Source: an uncultured Dehalococcoidales bacterium (GTDB taxonomy: Bacteria; Chloroflexota; Dehalococcoidia; Dehalococcoidales; BS750m-G39). From it: a stretch of DNA of 39,689 nucleotides. Below the pieces are notes generated by a model that saw nothing but the letters and a program-made list of their open reading frames with translations, was not told the DNA's origin and searched no databases. The stretch lies in the NCBI GenBank assembly GCA_964396645.1, contig CAYNFV010000002.1:1-39689 (forward strand). Reading direction: 5' to 3'. Position numbers and translations under genes: made by a program. Below are positions 32,036 through 39,689 of the stretch, in pieces. Numbering within the stretch: the first letter of the stretch is position 1; each line of letters opens with the position of its first letter.

Positions 32036-32641
32036 TCAGCTGAGCAGGCCAAAGAAGTAGAAGCTCACCGTACTGACAATCAGCGCCAGCCCGAAGCCGA
32101 TGGCCAGTTGAGCCGGGCTGTGCCGCCGCAGCCAGTATAAAGCCCAGCCGACAAGGAGAATGGCCGCCATTACCGGCAAAAAGGCCCACCCCCAGATAAG
32201 CACGGCCGCCATGGTAAGGATGGTAACCGCCGCCAGGTGATAGCTGGCCCTATGGAACATGTTCACCAGAGCCAGCGCCAGACTGGTGGCTAAGAGAGCA
32301 ACCAAGGTAGCCACCAGAGGCGACGGGGCATCAAGAAATGCCAGCAGCAGGATGCAGGGCAAGGCACAAAAAATACCTAAAAAGCAAATCGCCCCCGGGT
32401 GCTCTCTGAAGAAGACCACGGGGTTCTGCAGCCGTTTGACGCCGGAGGCTCTGGGGCTCTTAAGGTAAACATAGGCGAGCGGCAGGGCAACGAGGAAGAA
32501 AAGGATGATTAGCGCCCGGCCCCAAAACGCCCGCAGTCCGCTTGACTCGGTATAAGCTATCAATAACAGCACCACCACCGGTAGTACCAAGGGATGCATT
32601 ACGGTAGATATCAGCCTGGCTATGGTGGCAGAGCGGGCCAC
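32036..32641 (-). CDS. Polytopic membrane protein, weakly PAP2-like (possible polyprenyl-diphosphate phosphatase)
   Basis: 201 aa with about 6 hydrophobic helices. RRHSPAQLAIG resembles the PAP2 C3 motif H-x-P-x-D-V-x-x-G but carries Gln at the Asp position. The functional call is weak. Confidence 0.5.
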   Translation of the reverse strand: MARSATIARLISTVMHPLVLPVVVLLLIAYTESSGLRAFWGRALIILFFLVALPLAYVYLKSPRASGVKRLQNPVVFFREHPGAICFLGIFCALPCILLLAFLDAPSPLVATLVALLATSLALALVNMFHRASYHLAAVTILTMAAVLIWGWAFLPVMAAILLVGWALYWLRRHSPAQLAIGFGLALIVSTVSFYFFGLLS

Positions 32642-32666
32642 TTAACCTCCTATGTTTTTTGCTTCC

Positions 32667-33860
32667 TCAACGAAGACCCAAGCCCCACGCCGGCTCTAGA
32701 GCCTTAGGAAAGGGGAGCAGCTGCCGTGCCATCTGAAACAGGAGCCGGCTGTGCCAGTCGAAGGCGAGAGTCTGGGTCGTGGCCACAAGCTCCGCTATTC
32801 CCCTCTTATCAGCAATGCGGAACAGCCAGTCTATATGGCGGTCGCTTAAGCTAGCAAACAAGCTCCGTGCCCAATAGCCAACCTTCAGCTCTCGGTTCAA
32901 GCTGGCCCGCCATCGCTTTTGATAGGCGGCAAGGGCAGCGGCCGAGAAATCACCCGCCCCAAACGCCTGATGCAGCACCTCACTGGCGATGTCAGCACAG
33001 AGCAGCCCGTAATAGATACCGCCGCCGCTGGTGGGCTTCACCTGGCCAGCCGCCTCACCGACTACCAGAACCCGGTTGGTGCAGGTTTTAGTCAACGGCT
33101 TCAAGGGGATAAGCCCGTAGCTAAGCGGGGCCCGGCGGGAAGCTATTTTGCCCTGACGAGACAGGCTATAGAGTAAATCTTTAAGACGAAAACCAGCCTG
33201 ATGCCGGGTGAGCAAACCGGCCAGACCCTTGCCGTCTTTAGTCGGCACCAGCCAAGCGAAAGCGCCCGGGGCCAGCTTATGGTCAAGATAAATCTCCACC
33301 TCATCAACCCCGTTTATAGCCACCTCCGCCTGAGCACCAAGGGTGAATTGCCTTATCTCGCCCAGGCCCAGACTTGCCGGCAACCTTGAACCAAAGCCCG
33401 TGGCGATAATGGCGGCTTCGGCTTTAAGGACTCTTCCCTGACGCTGACCATTCACTCTCACCTCAACGGCATCAGAGTTGGGCATGATGTCGGTGGCCAT
33501 AGCCCCGAAAAGATAGTGGGCGCCGGCTGCCTCGGCCTGTTGGGCCAGGCTCATATTAAGGCGGGGACGGTCGATAACAGCCGCCACGGGGGCTTCCCGA
33601 TATAGCCTCAGGCATCTCCCTGAAGATGAGCGAAAGCTAGCCGAGCTGACCTGTCGCAGGACGAGGCTCTCATCAAGGTCAAAGTCGCTCAGGCATTCCT
33701 GACTGACGATGCCGGTACAGCAGACATTATCATCGGGCCGAACATTCTTCTCCACAACCACGACGCTATGGCCAAGGCGGCTTAAACTCCGGGCGATATA
33801 GCTCCCGCAGGGTCCGGCGCCGATAACTACAACGTCGTACAAAACTCCCCTTCCCGGCAT
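32667..33860 (-). CDS. Geranylgeranyl-reductase-family FAD-dependent oxidoreductase
   Basis: YDVVVIGAGPCGSYIARSL (GxGxxG), CCTGIV, and GEAAGQVKPTSGGGIYYGL, which is typical of the GGR/ChlP/MenJ family. Confidence 0.8.
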   Translation of the reverse strand: MPGRGVLYDVVVIGAGPCGSYIARSLSRLGHSVVVVEKNVRPDDNVCCTGIVSQECLSDFDLDESLVLRQVSSASFRSSSGRCLRLYREAPVAAVIDRPRLNMSLAQQAEAAGAHYLFGAMATDIMPNSDAVEVRVNGQRQGRVLKAEAAIIATGFGSRLPASLGLGEIRQFTLGAQAEVAINGVDEVEIYLDHKLAPGAFAWLVPTKDGKGLAGLLTRHQAGFRLKDLLYSLSRQGKIASRRAPLSYGLIPLKPLTKTCTNRVLVVGEAAGQVKPTSGGGIYYGLLCADIASEVLHQAFGAGDFSAAALAAYQKRWRASLNRELKVGYWARSLFASLSDRHIDWLFRIADKRGIAELVATTQTLAFDWHSRLLFQMARQLLPFPKALEPAWGLGLR

Positions 33861-33903
33861 ACCGTGTTAGTTCTCTTTTCCCAAGATGAATTCCAATCTG
33901 TCA

Positions 33904-34257
33904 TTAGCCTATGCCTATAAGGGTAACCCCGGCCAGGATGAGGACAGCGCCGATAGCCATTTTAAGTGTAAACTGCTCTCCCAGAACGAAATAGGCCAGA
34001 ATGTAAACGGCAATCAAGGACGTCTGCAGGTAGTAGGAGGACTGGGCCAGTCCCTGAAATTTCAAAATTGCGTAGCGCAAAAATATCGAGCTGAAGCCGA
34101 GCACCAGGGCTATTAGGAACCATTTATTGGTCACCAGCGACCAGATGTAGGACAGCGACAGCTCCATAGCCCCCCGCTCTCTAAAAGCCAGCCCCAGGCT
34201 GACTGTTCCCACCGCCGCCAGCACGGCAAACGAGGCGTTAATCACAACCTCAAACAT
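33904..34257 (-). CDS. Small DMT/EamA-like (ArnE/F-like) 4-TM membrane protein, possible lipid-linked sugar flippase subunit
   Basis: 117 aa with four hydrophobic helices. The C-terminus LILAGVTLIGIG is typical of EamA-type domains. A GGGGAG RBS is present. Confidence 0.6.
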   Translation of the reverse strand: MFEVVINASFAVLAAVGTVSLGLAFRERGAMELSLSYIWSLVTNKWFLIALVLGFSSIFLRYAILKFQGLAQSSYYLQTSLIAVYILAYFVLGEQFTLKMAIGAVLILAGVTLIGIG

Positions 34258-34284
34258 TTCGTCTCCCCAATAAAACCTTCCTAT

Positions 34285-34440
34285 CAGCGCCGGAAAAAGT
34301 CGGCGATCCTGTAACGGTTGAGGTAAATCAGGTAACCTATGACGCAGATAGCCGCGGTACCCAGGGCAATAAAGCCTATAGTCTTCGCCGTCCAGAAAGG
34401 TGGGAGTATCTCGTAATATGGCTGCATCTGTGGTAACATG
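34285..34440 (-). CDS. Unannotated 51-aa single-TM peptide (below the ORF-track cutoff)
   Basis: My translation is MLPQMQPYYEILPPFWTAKTIGFIALGTAAICVIGYLIYLNRYRIADFFRR. The hydrophobic core is IGFIALGTAAICVIGYLIYL. GAGGAGGTGA precedes the ATG by 1 nt. It sits 17 nt downstream of the GT-C gene stop. Confidence 0.4.
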
Positions 34441-34457
34441 TCACCTCCTCGCTACCC

Positions 34458-36437
34458 TCATCTGGCATTGTAGATGGTAATCGACGAGTTTGTATATACT
34501 ATAGTATACCCATTATTCTCCAAAAACCAAGTCTGCCTTTCCACCCCGTTGAGCACGGCGAAATAAGCGACGCCGTATTCCTCAATCAACCCCTCCGCCT
34601 CGAAAATCTGGGGCGCCCCCTCGGCATGATAGCGGTAGGGGATGAAGAACTCGGCTACTATGTAGTTATTTTGGGGCTCAAATGTGGCCTTGAAGCCGGC
34701 TTGCCCGTAGAGCGGGTCGGCCAGGTAATAGTCCAGCTGGGCATAATTCCGGGGAATGATTCGGGCATTGACGTCATCGTCAACCAGGATAAGCTCGGAT
34801 TCACTGAAGACGATTTCCCTAAGGTTATTATTATGCTCGGGACGCCAGCCGTATATCGTCATACTAACCAGAGTTACATCCTGCTCCCGCGGCTGGGCAG
34901 AGAAGATGATACGAACGCCCCCTTCCTCGATTTCGACAGTCCGGCTGACTATTACGTTTTGAGTGAGATAGTCAACCGACAGGGGCGATTTGCATTCTGA
35001 CAGCTCAGGGCGGGCTGACTCCAGGTAGAACCGGCCACCCTTTATTGATCTTACCTGGAGGAACTCGTCCGAGAAGTAGATTATATCATGGTAATAACCG
35101 CGCTCCCAGAGTCCGATAATCGGGTTATGGTTCTGTAACGGGTACTGGTCCCTGATTCTAAAGGAGGGGTGGTTAATCTCATAGTTAGCGTTGAGCAGGC
35201 TGTCGGCAGCTATGGAGCGCTCGATTTCGCCCTCCATGAACAGGTAGGCGGGGTGAAAGGATTCGAGGGCGCGCCGTTCCCCCAGCCCGATAATAGGCTT
35301 GGATAGATAGTGCTCGGCGACAAAGACATCATCTTCATCGGTATTAGCCTCGACCCAATCTATCATTTCACAGATGTCACGGTCACACTCTACCGTGCTA
35401 ATCTCCGCACCTGAGCAGCGGGTTAAGCGGTTCATCTCCCAGCTGGTCCTAACCCCGATATAGCCGCTGACGCTTAAGAGCGCCACCACCACGATAATGA
35501 TAGCCAGCGATTTGAGTCGGGCCGAGGGCTTAATCTCATGAACCAGGTAAGCCACCCCGATAATGAAGGCGGGCAGGCTAAAGATTAAGAACCTCGCCTG
35601 GTCAAGTACTATCCTGATTAAGGGCAAACCATAGGTGAGGACAGCGGAGGATACGATTAGCGAAACGAGCATAAACGAGTAAGTGGGATTTTTTTTGTAG
35701 ATTCGGTAACAAGCATAAGCGGCACAGAGACTGAGGGCGATGGCAATCGATATGTCTTTAAAAACCCAGAGAAACCTGTCGTAGTCCATAGCCAGCACAA
35801 AAAGCGCGCTGGGGTTAAATACGACGAATTGCGGAGAGACGATGGTCCGGTACAAACCAAAGGTTACCAAAGCGGCTAAACTGACCAACGCCAGCTCCTT
35901 AGCGCGCTGCTTCGTGGCCAGGCAAAGCACCGTCCATAAGAGCATGGTAGCCAGAAAAATTATGCTGGTCAGGTGATGCGAAAACATGAGGACGATGCTC
36001 ATCGAAATAGCGATAATGCCCCACTTTCGGTTTCTCAACTCCATAAACTTGATAACGGTAAAGAGGGTAAGGAATAGAATGGAGAACCCAAAAAGATTGG
36101 GGTACATACCGTACCCCCACATCTCGTAGAATATAGGGGTGAGGGCCATAAATGCCGCCGCCACCAGGCCTACGGAAGTGCCGAACATCTTTCTCACCAG
36201 GACAAATAAAGAGGCGGGCAGGATAGCCAGTACCAGCGCGCCGAATAGTTTTAGCCCGAGCAGGTCGCCGAATAGCTTGGCGAACAGCCCCAGGGACACC
36301 AGCGACAGCGGTGGGTATTGCCATAACCCCTCATCCCACATCGGGTAGCCCACGCCAGAAACCAGGGCTTTGGCATGCATCAACCAGTGAAAGGGGTCAG
36401 AGCCGGGCGGCAGGCAATAGAGGCTGTTTAGGCGCAT
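34458..36437 (-). CDS. GT-C-fold-like polytopic membrane glycosyltransferase (ArnT/PMT/AglB-like; family unresolved) with a C-terminal soluble domain
   Basis: 659 aa. About 12 hydrophobic helices occupy the first roughly 330 aa, followed by a soluble domain of about 320 aa. No WWDYG-type OST motif was seen. The GC content is lower (25/60 at 35641-35700). Confidence 0.6.
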   Translation of the reverse strand: MRLNSLYCLPPGSDPFHWLMHAKALVSGVGYPMWDEGLWQYPPLSLVSLGLFAKLFGDLLGLKLFGALVLAILPASLFVLVRKMFGTSVGLVAAAFMALTPIFYEMWGYGMYPNLFGFSILFLTLFTVIKFMELRNRKWGIIAISMSIVLMFSHHLTSIIFLATMLLWTVLCLATKQRAKELALVSLAALVTFGLYRTIVSPQFVVFNPSALFVLAMDYDRFLWVFKDISIAIALSLCAAYACYRIYKKNPTYSFMLVSLIVSSAVLTYGLPLIRIVLDQARFLIFSLPAFIIGVAYLVHEIKPSARLKSLAIIIVVVALLSVSGYIGVRTSWEMNRLTRCSGAEISTVECDRDICEMIDWVEANTDEDDVFVAEHYLSKPIIGLGERRALESFHPAYLFMEGEIERSIAADSLLNANYEINHPSFRIRDQYPLQNHNPIIGLWERGYYHDIIYFSDEFLQVRSIKGGRFYLESARPELSECKSPLSVDYLTQNVIVSRTVEIEEGGVRIIFSAQPREQDVTLVSMTIYGWRPEHNNNLREIVFSESELILVDDDVNARIIPRNYAQLDYYLADPLYGQAGFKATFEPQNNYIVAEFFIPYRYHAEGAPQIFEAEGLIEEYGVAYFAVLNGVERQTWFLENNGYTIVYTNSSITIYNAR

Positions 36438-36477
36438 TATCCAGAGGAAGTTGGCCAGGCAGATGGCAGCCAGAATG

Positions 36478-37647
36478 CTATAGACGAGTGGCTTTTTCAG
36501 TGAGCATGCTCCTGTAGAGATTCTCGTGCTGCAGGGCGATATTGTCCCAATCCAGGGGTTCGACGAACTTCAGTCCCTCTCGCTGAACCCTTGCGTAAAG
36601 CTCAGGGGAGTGATTGTATCTCAGAATAGCCTCGGCCAGCTGTCCCGCCTCCGGCCTTACCAGCAGCCCGTTCTTGGCGTCCTCGATAACGCTGATGACA
36701 CCCGAGCCATCGACAAACGAAGCCACGGTAGGCGTCTGGCTGGCCATCGCCTCAAGCAGGGTTATGCCCTGCCCTTCGCGGATGCTCGGCAGCACATAAA
36801 GCCAGGCAGAGCTGAGAATCCTCGCCTTCTCTTCTTCCGATACCGTCCCGCAAAAAGTGATACCCGGGACACCCCGGCTTAATTTTTCCAGCCTGGACCT
36901 CTGGGGCCCCTCCCCGGCGATTTGCAGCGTCGCCTCGGGAATAGATTGCTTTACCTTCTTGAAGGCATCGATAAGAAGATTGACCTTCTTATGCTCGTTC
37001 AACCTGCCCAGATAGACAATCTTATAAGGGATTTTAGGGCGAGATGCCCTTCTATAGAGGCCGAGCTCAACACCATTACTGATGACGCTGATTTTTTCGG
37101 GGCGAACGTGGTAGCAGTCTATGAGCCGCTGCTTGGTGGTCTCGCTCACGGCGATAATGTGATTGCCCACCCTGGTGGTCAATCGCTCCAGAAAGATACC
37201 GGCACGACAGGTGAGCTTACTCTTAACATAGTCAAACCAGAGCTCCTTCCAGACCTCGTGGAAGGTGATGGAAACCGGCACTCGTTTAATCTTGGAGAGC
37301 AATTGGGCGGCAAAGGCGGGGAAAAGGGGGGAATGGTTCACCTCGTAGATATCGTAGCGCCCGTTCCTGGCTATTTTCAGAGAGGAACCGATGGTTAACC
37401 TCAAAGTATCGGAAACTACCCGGAATTCTCCCCCGTCCTTCAATAACCCCTTGGGCGTGGCGATTCGATAGACATGCAGGCCGTCTATCTCCTCTTCGCT
37501 CTTGAAAGTCGGGGAGAGCCGGGCGGTATAGACATCAATTTCATGACCCGCCTTAGCCAGCCGCTTAAATACCTGGTGATACCGGTAGGAACTGCCACCG
37601 ATAAAGGGCAGGTAGGTCTCTTGTAAAATCCCGATTCTCAATTTCAC
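36478..37647 (-). CDS. GT4-family (GT-B fold) glycosyltransferase
   Basis: E-x7-E motif EGQGITLLEAMASQTPTVAS, and an N-terminal IGILQETYLPFIGGS typical of GT4. Confidence 0.85.
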   Translation of the reverse strand: MKLRIGILQETYLPFIGGSSYRYHQVFKRLAKAGHEIDVYTARLSPTFKSEEEIDGLHVYRIATPKGLLKDGGEFRVVSDTLRLTIGSSLKIARNGRYDIYEVNHSPLFPAFAAQLLSKIKRVPVSITFHEVWKELWFDYVKSKLTCRAGIFLERLTTRVGNHIIAVSETTKQRLIDCYHVRPEKISVISNGVELGLYRRASRPKIPYKIVYLGRLNEHKKVNLLIDAFKKVKQSIPEATLQIAGEGPQRSRLEKLSRGVPGITFCGTVSEEEKARILSSAWLYVLPSIREGQGITLLEAMASQTPTVASFVDGSGVISVIEDAKNGLLVRPEAGQLAEAILRYNHSPELYARVQREGLKFVEPLDWDNIALQHENLYRSMLTEKATRL

Positions 37648-37674
37648 GCTACCGAATTAAGCTAGCCTATTCCC

Positions 37675-39687
37675 TTAACTTACTATGGTTTGCCCATTGT
37701 TGTAATCTCCGGTAACATTTGTCGTTTCCCCGGCGGTAATGGTGACCACGGTTGGAGGCGGTGTCAGGTATCCATCCATATCCTCGAAGGATACGGTGTA
37801 CTCCCCCTCCTCCAGGTCCACCCAGAACCCCCAATCGTTCATCGGCTCGCCATTGACGAATATTGTCGCCTGAAGATTTGGGGACGTTTCTACCTTCAGG
37901 TTCCCCAGCAGTATGAAGTGGATTACCACCGCGGTAGTGCCTCCGGGCTCGACCGTTATCGGGTCGGTTATGGCTTGAATAACCGGGTCCTCCCCGGGAT
38001 AGGTTACCTCAACCTCTATCGGCGTCTTATAGCCGACGGCATCACTGATGGAGAGGCTATAGTCCCCGGGGAGCAAATCCACCCAGAACCCCCAGTTGTT
38101 GGAGGGTGGAGCACCGTCCAGCGAGATAATAGTGGATACCATCGGGTCAGTCATGACCCACAAATTGCCTAGCTGGACAAAGTGTACTATGACCTCGGTA
38201 GTGGTATCAGGGAGGATCTCTATTGGCTCACTCAATGGCTGAATTGTAGGGCCACCACCTGGGTAATAGGTTACCTCGATTTCCTCCGGGACAAGATAGC
38301 CGGGGGTATCGGTGAAGGAGAGAAAGTACTCTCCCGGAAGCATTTTTACCCAATCAAGCCCCCAGGTATTTCGGGGTACGCCGTTAGCCGATATTGTGGC
38401 CGGCACGGCCGGTGATGTCTCCACTCTGAGCAGCCCCCGCGGAAAGATGCCGGTGGTGAACTGCTGCTCACCACAGTAGTCGCCCTCGGCATTATAGTTA
38501 TCCCAGGTCTTCACCTTCCAGTAATATGTCTGGCTCTCGCTAAGGTCAGCGCCGTCGTAGGAGACCTCGCTGTCGCTGCCGCTCACCTTGCCGCTGTCCC
38601 ACATATCCCCGTTGTCGGCGGTCAGGTTCTCCGAGCTGGAAGCCACCAGAATCTGGTAGGCTCCCTGCGTGTCGCTGCCGTCGGGGTCGGAGAAAGTCCA
38701 GCTAAACTCAGGGGTGAGGTCGGTGACATCGCTGGGATTGGTCTCCCCCTCACATAATGGTGAATCGGGGGCGTTGGGCGGATTGTTATCTGATGCCCCA
38801 TGCTCATCAACACCCATATCCACCACCTCCACCAGGTCGCCGTCGCCATCCAGAACGCGCGGGTCGCCCTCGAAGTCAGTGCTGGGTATGGACGGCGCTT
38901 CATTATTGCCGGCGTCAATGCAGGGGGAGCCTGTTTGCAGGTGGAAGTCGCCACCACCGACAAACAGCGGGTCAGCGTCAATATTGCCCGTTCCCGTATA
39001 TCCAAACTGGACATCGCAGTAGGTGACCGTCGGCGTTGAAGTGCCCTCATCATACATCTCCTGGGGGTTGTCGCCCCAGAGTATGCAGTTGGTCAACGTC
39101 GGCGAGGAGTTGTAGTTGTACATCCCACCGCTGCTTCCCGCGGCCATGTTATCGTAGAAGGTGCAGTTGGTCAACGTCGGCGAAGATTCATAGTTGAACA
39201 TCCCCCCGCCTTCAACACCCGTGTTATCAAAGAAGACGCAGTTGGTCACCACGGGCGAGGAGCTCTCGTTGTACATCCCACCGCCGCTGTCAGCCGAGTT
39301 GCAAGTGAAGATGCAGTTGGTAACCGTCGGCGAGGAGTCATAGTTGTACATACCCCCACCCCAGGTTGTGTGACCATTGGTGATGGTAAAGCCACTAAGC
39401 ACGGTCGCTGGACCTACATCATCAGCAGTTACCACCGCGCCACTGCCGTCGCCATCAATGGTGGTAACATCAGCCCCCTCCCCCAGCACCTCCACCCCGT
39501 CAATTAAGACGATATTCTCGGTGTAATATCCCGCCGCCACGTGCACCGTGCTGCCGGAGACGGCGTCAATGCCGTCCTGGATGCTGGCGAAGTGGTCGTA
39601 GCCCCAGCCGGGCGTGGACTCGTTAAACTCATCGTCCACCCAGACCTCGGTGGGTGGTGGGGGCTCATCCAGCCGAATGACGCTCAC
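37675..39687 (-). CDS. Cell-surface protein, N-terminally truncated by the window edge: right-handed beta-helix (PbH1) repeats + FN3-like module + three PEGA-like C-terminal repeats
   Basis: The ORF is open to the window end and no signal peptide is seen. Repeats of the SSPT(V/L)TNC..F..N....GGGMYN type are present. The FN3-like segment is PEFSWTFSDPDGSDTQGAYQILV...YYWKVKTWD. Three units of about 85 aa follow (VETSP...ATI..NG......WG.WV.L..GEY..SF....GY). Confidence 0.8.
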   Translation of the reverse strand: MSVIRLDEPPPPTEVWVDDEFNESTPGWGYDHFASIQDGIDAVSGSTVHVAAGYYTENIVLIDGVEVLGEGADVTTIDGDGSGAVVTADDVGPATVLSGFTITNGHTTWGGGMYNYDSSPTVTNCIFTCNSADSGGGMYNESSSPVVTNCVFFDNTGVEGGGMFNYESSPTLTNCTFYDNMAAGSSGGMYNYNSSPTLTNCILWGDNPQEMYDEGTSTPTVTYCDVQFGYTGTGNIDADPLFVGGGDFHLQTGSPCIDAGNNEAPSIPSTDFEGDPRVLDGDGDLVEVVDMGVDEHGASDNNPPNAPDSPLCEGETNPSDVTDLTPEFSWTFSDPDGSDTQGAYQILVASSSENLTADNGDMWDSGKVSGSDSEVSYDGADLSESQTYYWKVKTWDNYNAEGDYCGEQQFTTGIFPRGLLRVETSPAVPATISANGVPRNTWGLDWVKMLPGEYFLSFTDTPGYLVPEEIEVTYYPGGGPTIQPLSEPIEILPDTTTEVIVHFVQLGNLWVMTDPMVSTIISLDGAPPSNNWGFWVDLLPGDYSLSISDAVGYKTPIEVEVTYPGEDPVIQAITDPITVEPGGTTAVVIHFILLGNLKVETSPNLQATIFVNGEPMNDWGFWVDLEEGEYTVSFEDMDGYLTPPPTVVTITAGETTNVTGDYNNGQTIVS
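37678..38440 (-). repeat. Three tandem PEGA-like domain repeats (coding)
   Basis: The units LLRVETSPAVPATISANG..., NLWVMTDPMVSTIISLDG... and NLKVETSPNLQATIFVNG... each carry WG(L/F)(D/W)WV and G(E/D)Y..S(F/I). Confidence 0.7.
39085..39388 (-). repeat. Four tandem 75-78-nt coding repeats (beta-helix rungs)
   Basis: GCAGTTGGT(C/A)A(C/A)C(G/A)(T/C)(C/G)GGCGA(G/A)GA recurs with GCAGTT at 39085, 39163, 39238 and 39313. Confidence 0.8.
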
Positions 39688-39689
39688 CG

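Noticed and set aside
39085-39388. Regularly spaced 75-78-nt repeats that could be mistaken for a CRISPR-like array
   Set aside because: The units are contiguous, degenerate and in-frame within a long ORF. They encode beta-helix rungs, and there is no repeat-spacer structure.

Overview
This 39.7-kb window looks like it comes from a strict anaerobe. The taxon cannot be fixed from sequence alone. NarL/HisKA_3 two-component systems, tRNA-targeted island remnants and a beta-helix/PEGA surface protein would fit a Chloroflexota/Dehalococcoidia-like genome. LEFT END: the right-hand part of an integrative element (an AT-richer P-loop ATPase, a GTTCAA iteron array and a tyrosine integrase) ends at a 42-nt tRNA-Met(CAU) 3'-half. 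Two more copies of this 3'-half, in the same orientation (4659 and 11001), split the next 9 kb into three segments. The first holds a lone long AOR-family oxidoreductase. The second holds a PAS kinase/NarL regulator pair plus an orphan NuoE/NuoF/NuoG-N-terminal-like flavin-FeS module. The third holds a small TerB-like gene bracketed by a perfect 52-bp direct repeat. CENTRE: a GAF kinase/NarL regulator pair and a REC-REC protein precede a translationally coupled five-gene operon. Its order is FdhA-like (Tyr replaces the Sec/Cys metal ligand), NuoE-like, a NuoF::GltD fusion, MetV and MetF. An FdhD-like gene without the Cys loop lies convergent to it. RIGHT OF CENTRE: a PaaX-family regulator is followed by an AOR / ferredoxin / HdrD-like / double-HdrA-like / MvhD-like cluster. 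This cluster reproduces the BamBCDEF architecture of class II (tungsten) benzoyl-CoA reductase. RIGHT END (minus strand): an envelope/glycolipid cluster. It contains a PAP2-like membrane protein, a geranylgeranyl-reductase-family flavoprotein, a small DMT/EamA-like protein, a 51-aa TM peptide, a GT-C-like polytopic glycosyltransferase, a GT4 enzyme and a truncated beta-helix + 3x PEGA-like surface protein. I saw no rRNA, complete tRNA, CRISPR array or transposase. The best candidates for something undescribed are the FdhA-like/NuoE/NuoF::GltD/MetVF operon and the PaaX-linked Bam-like cluster.
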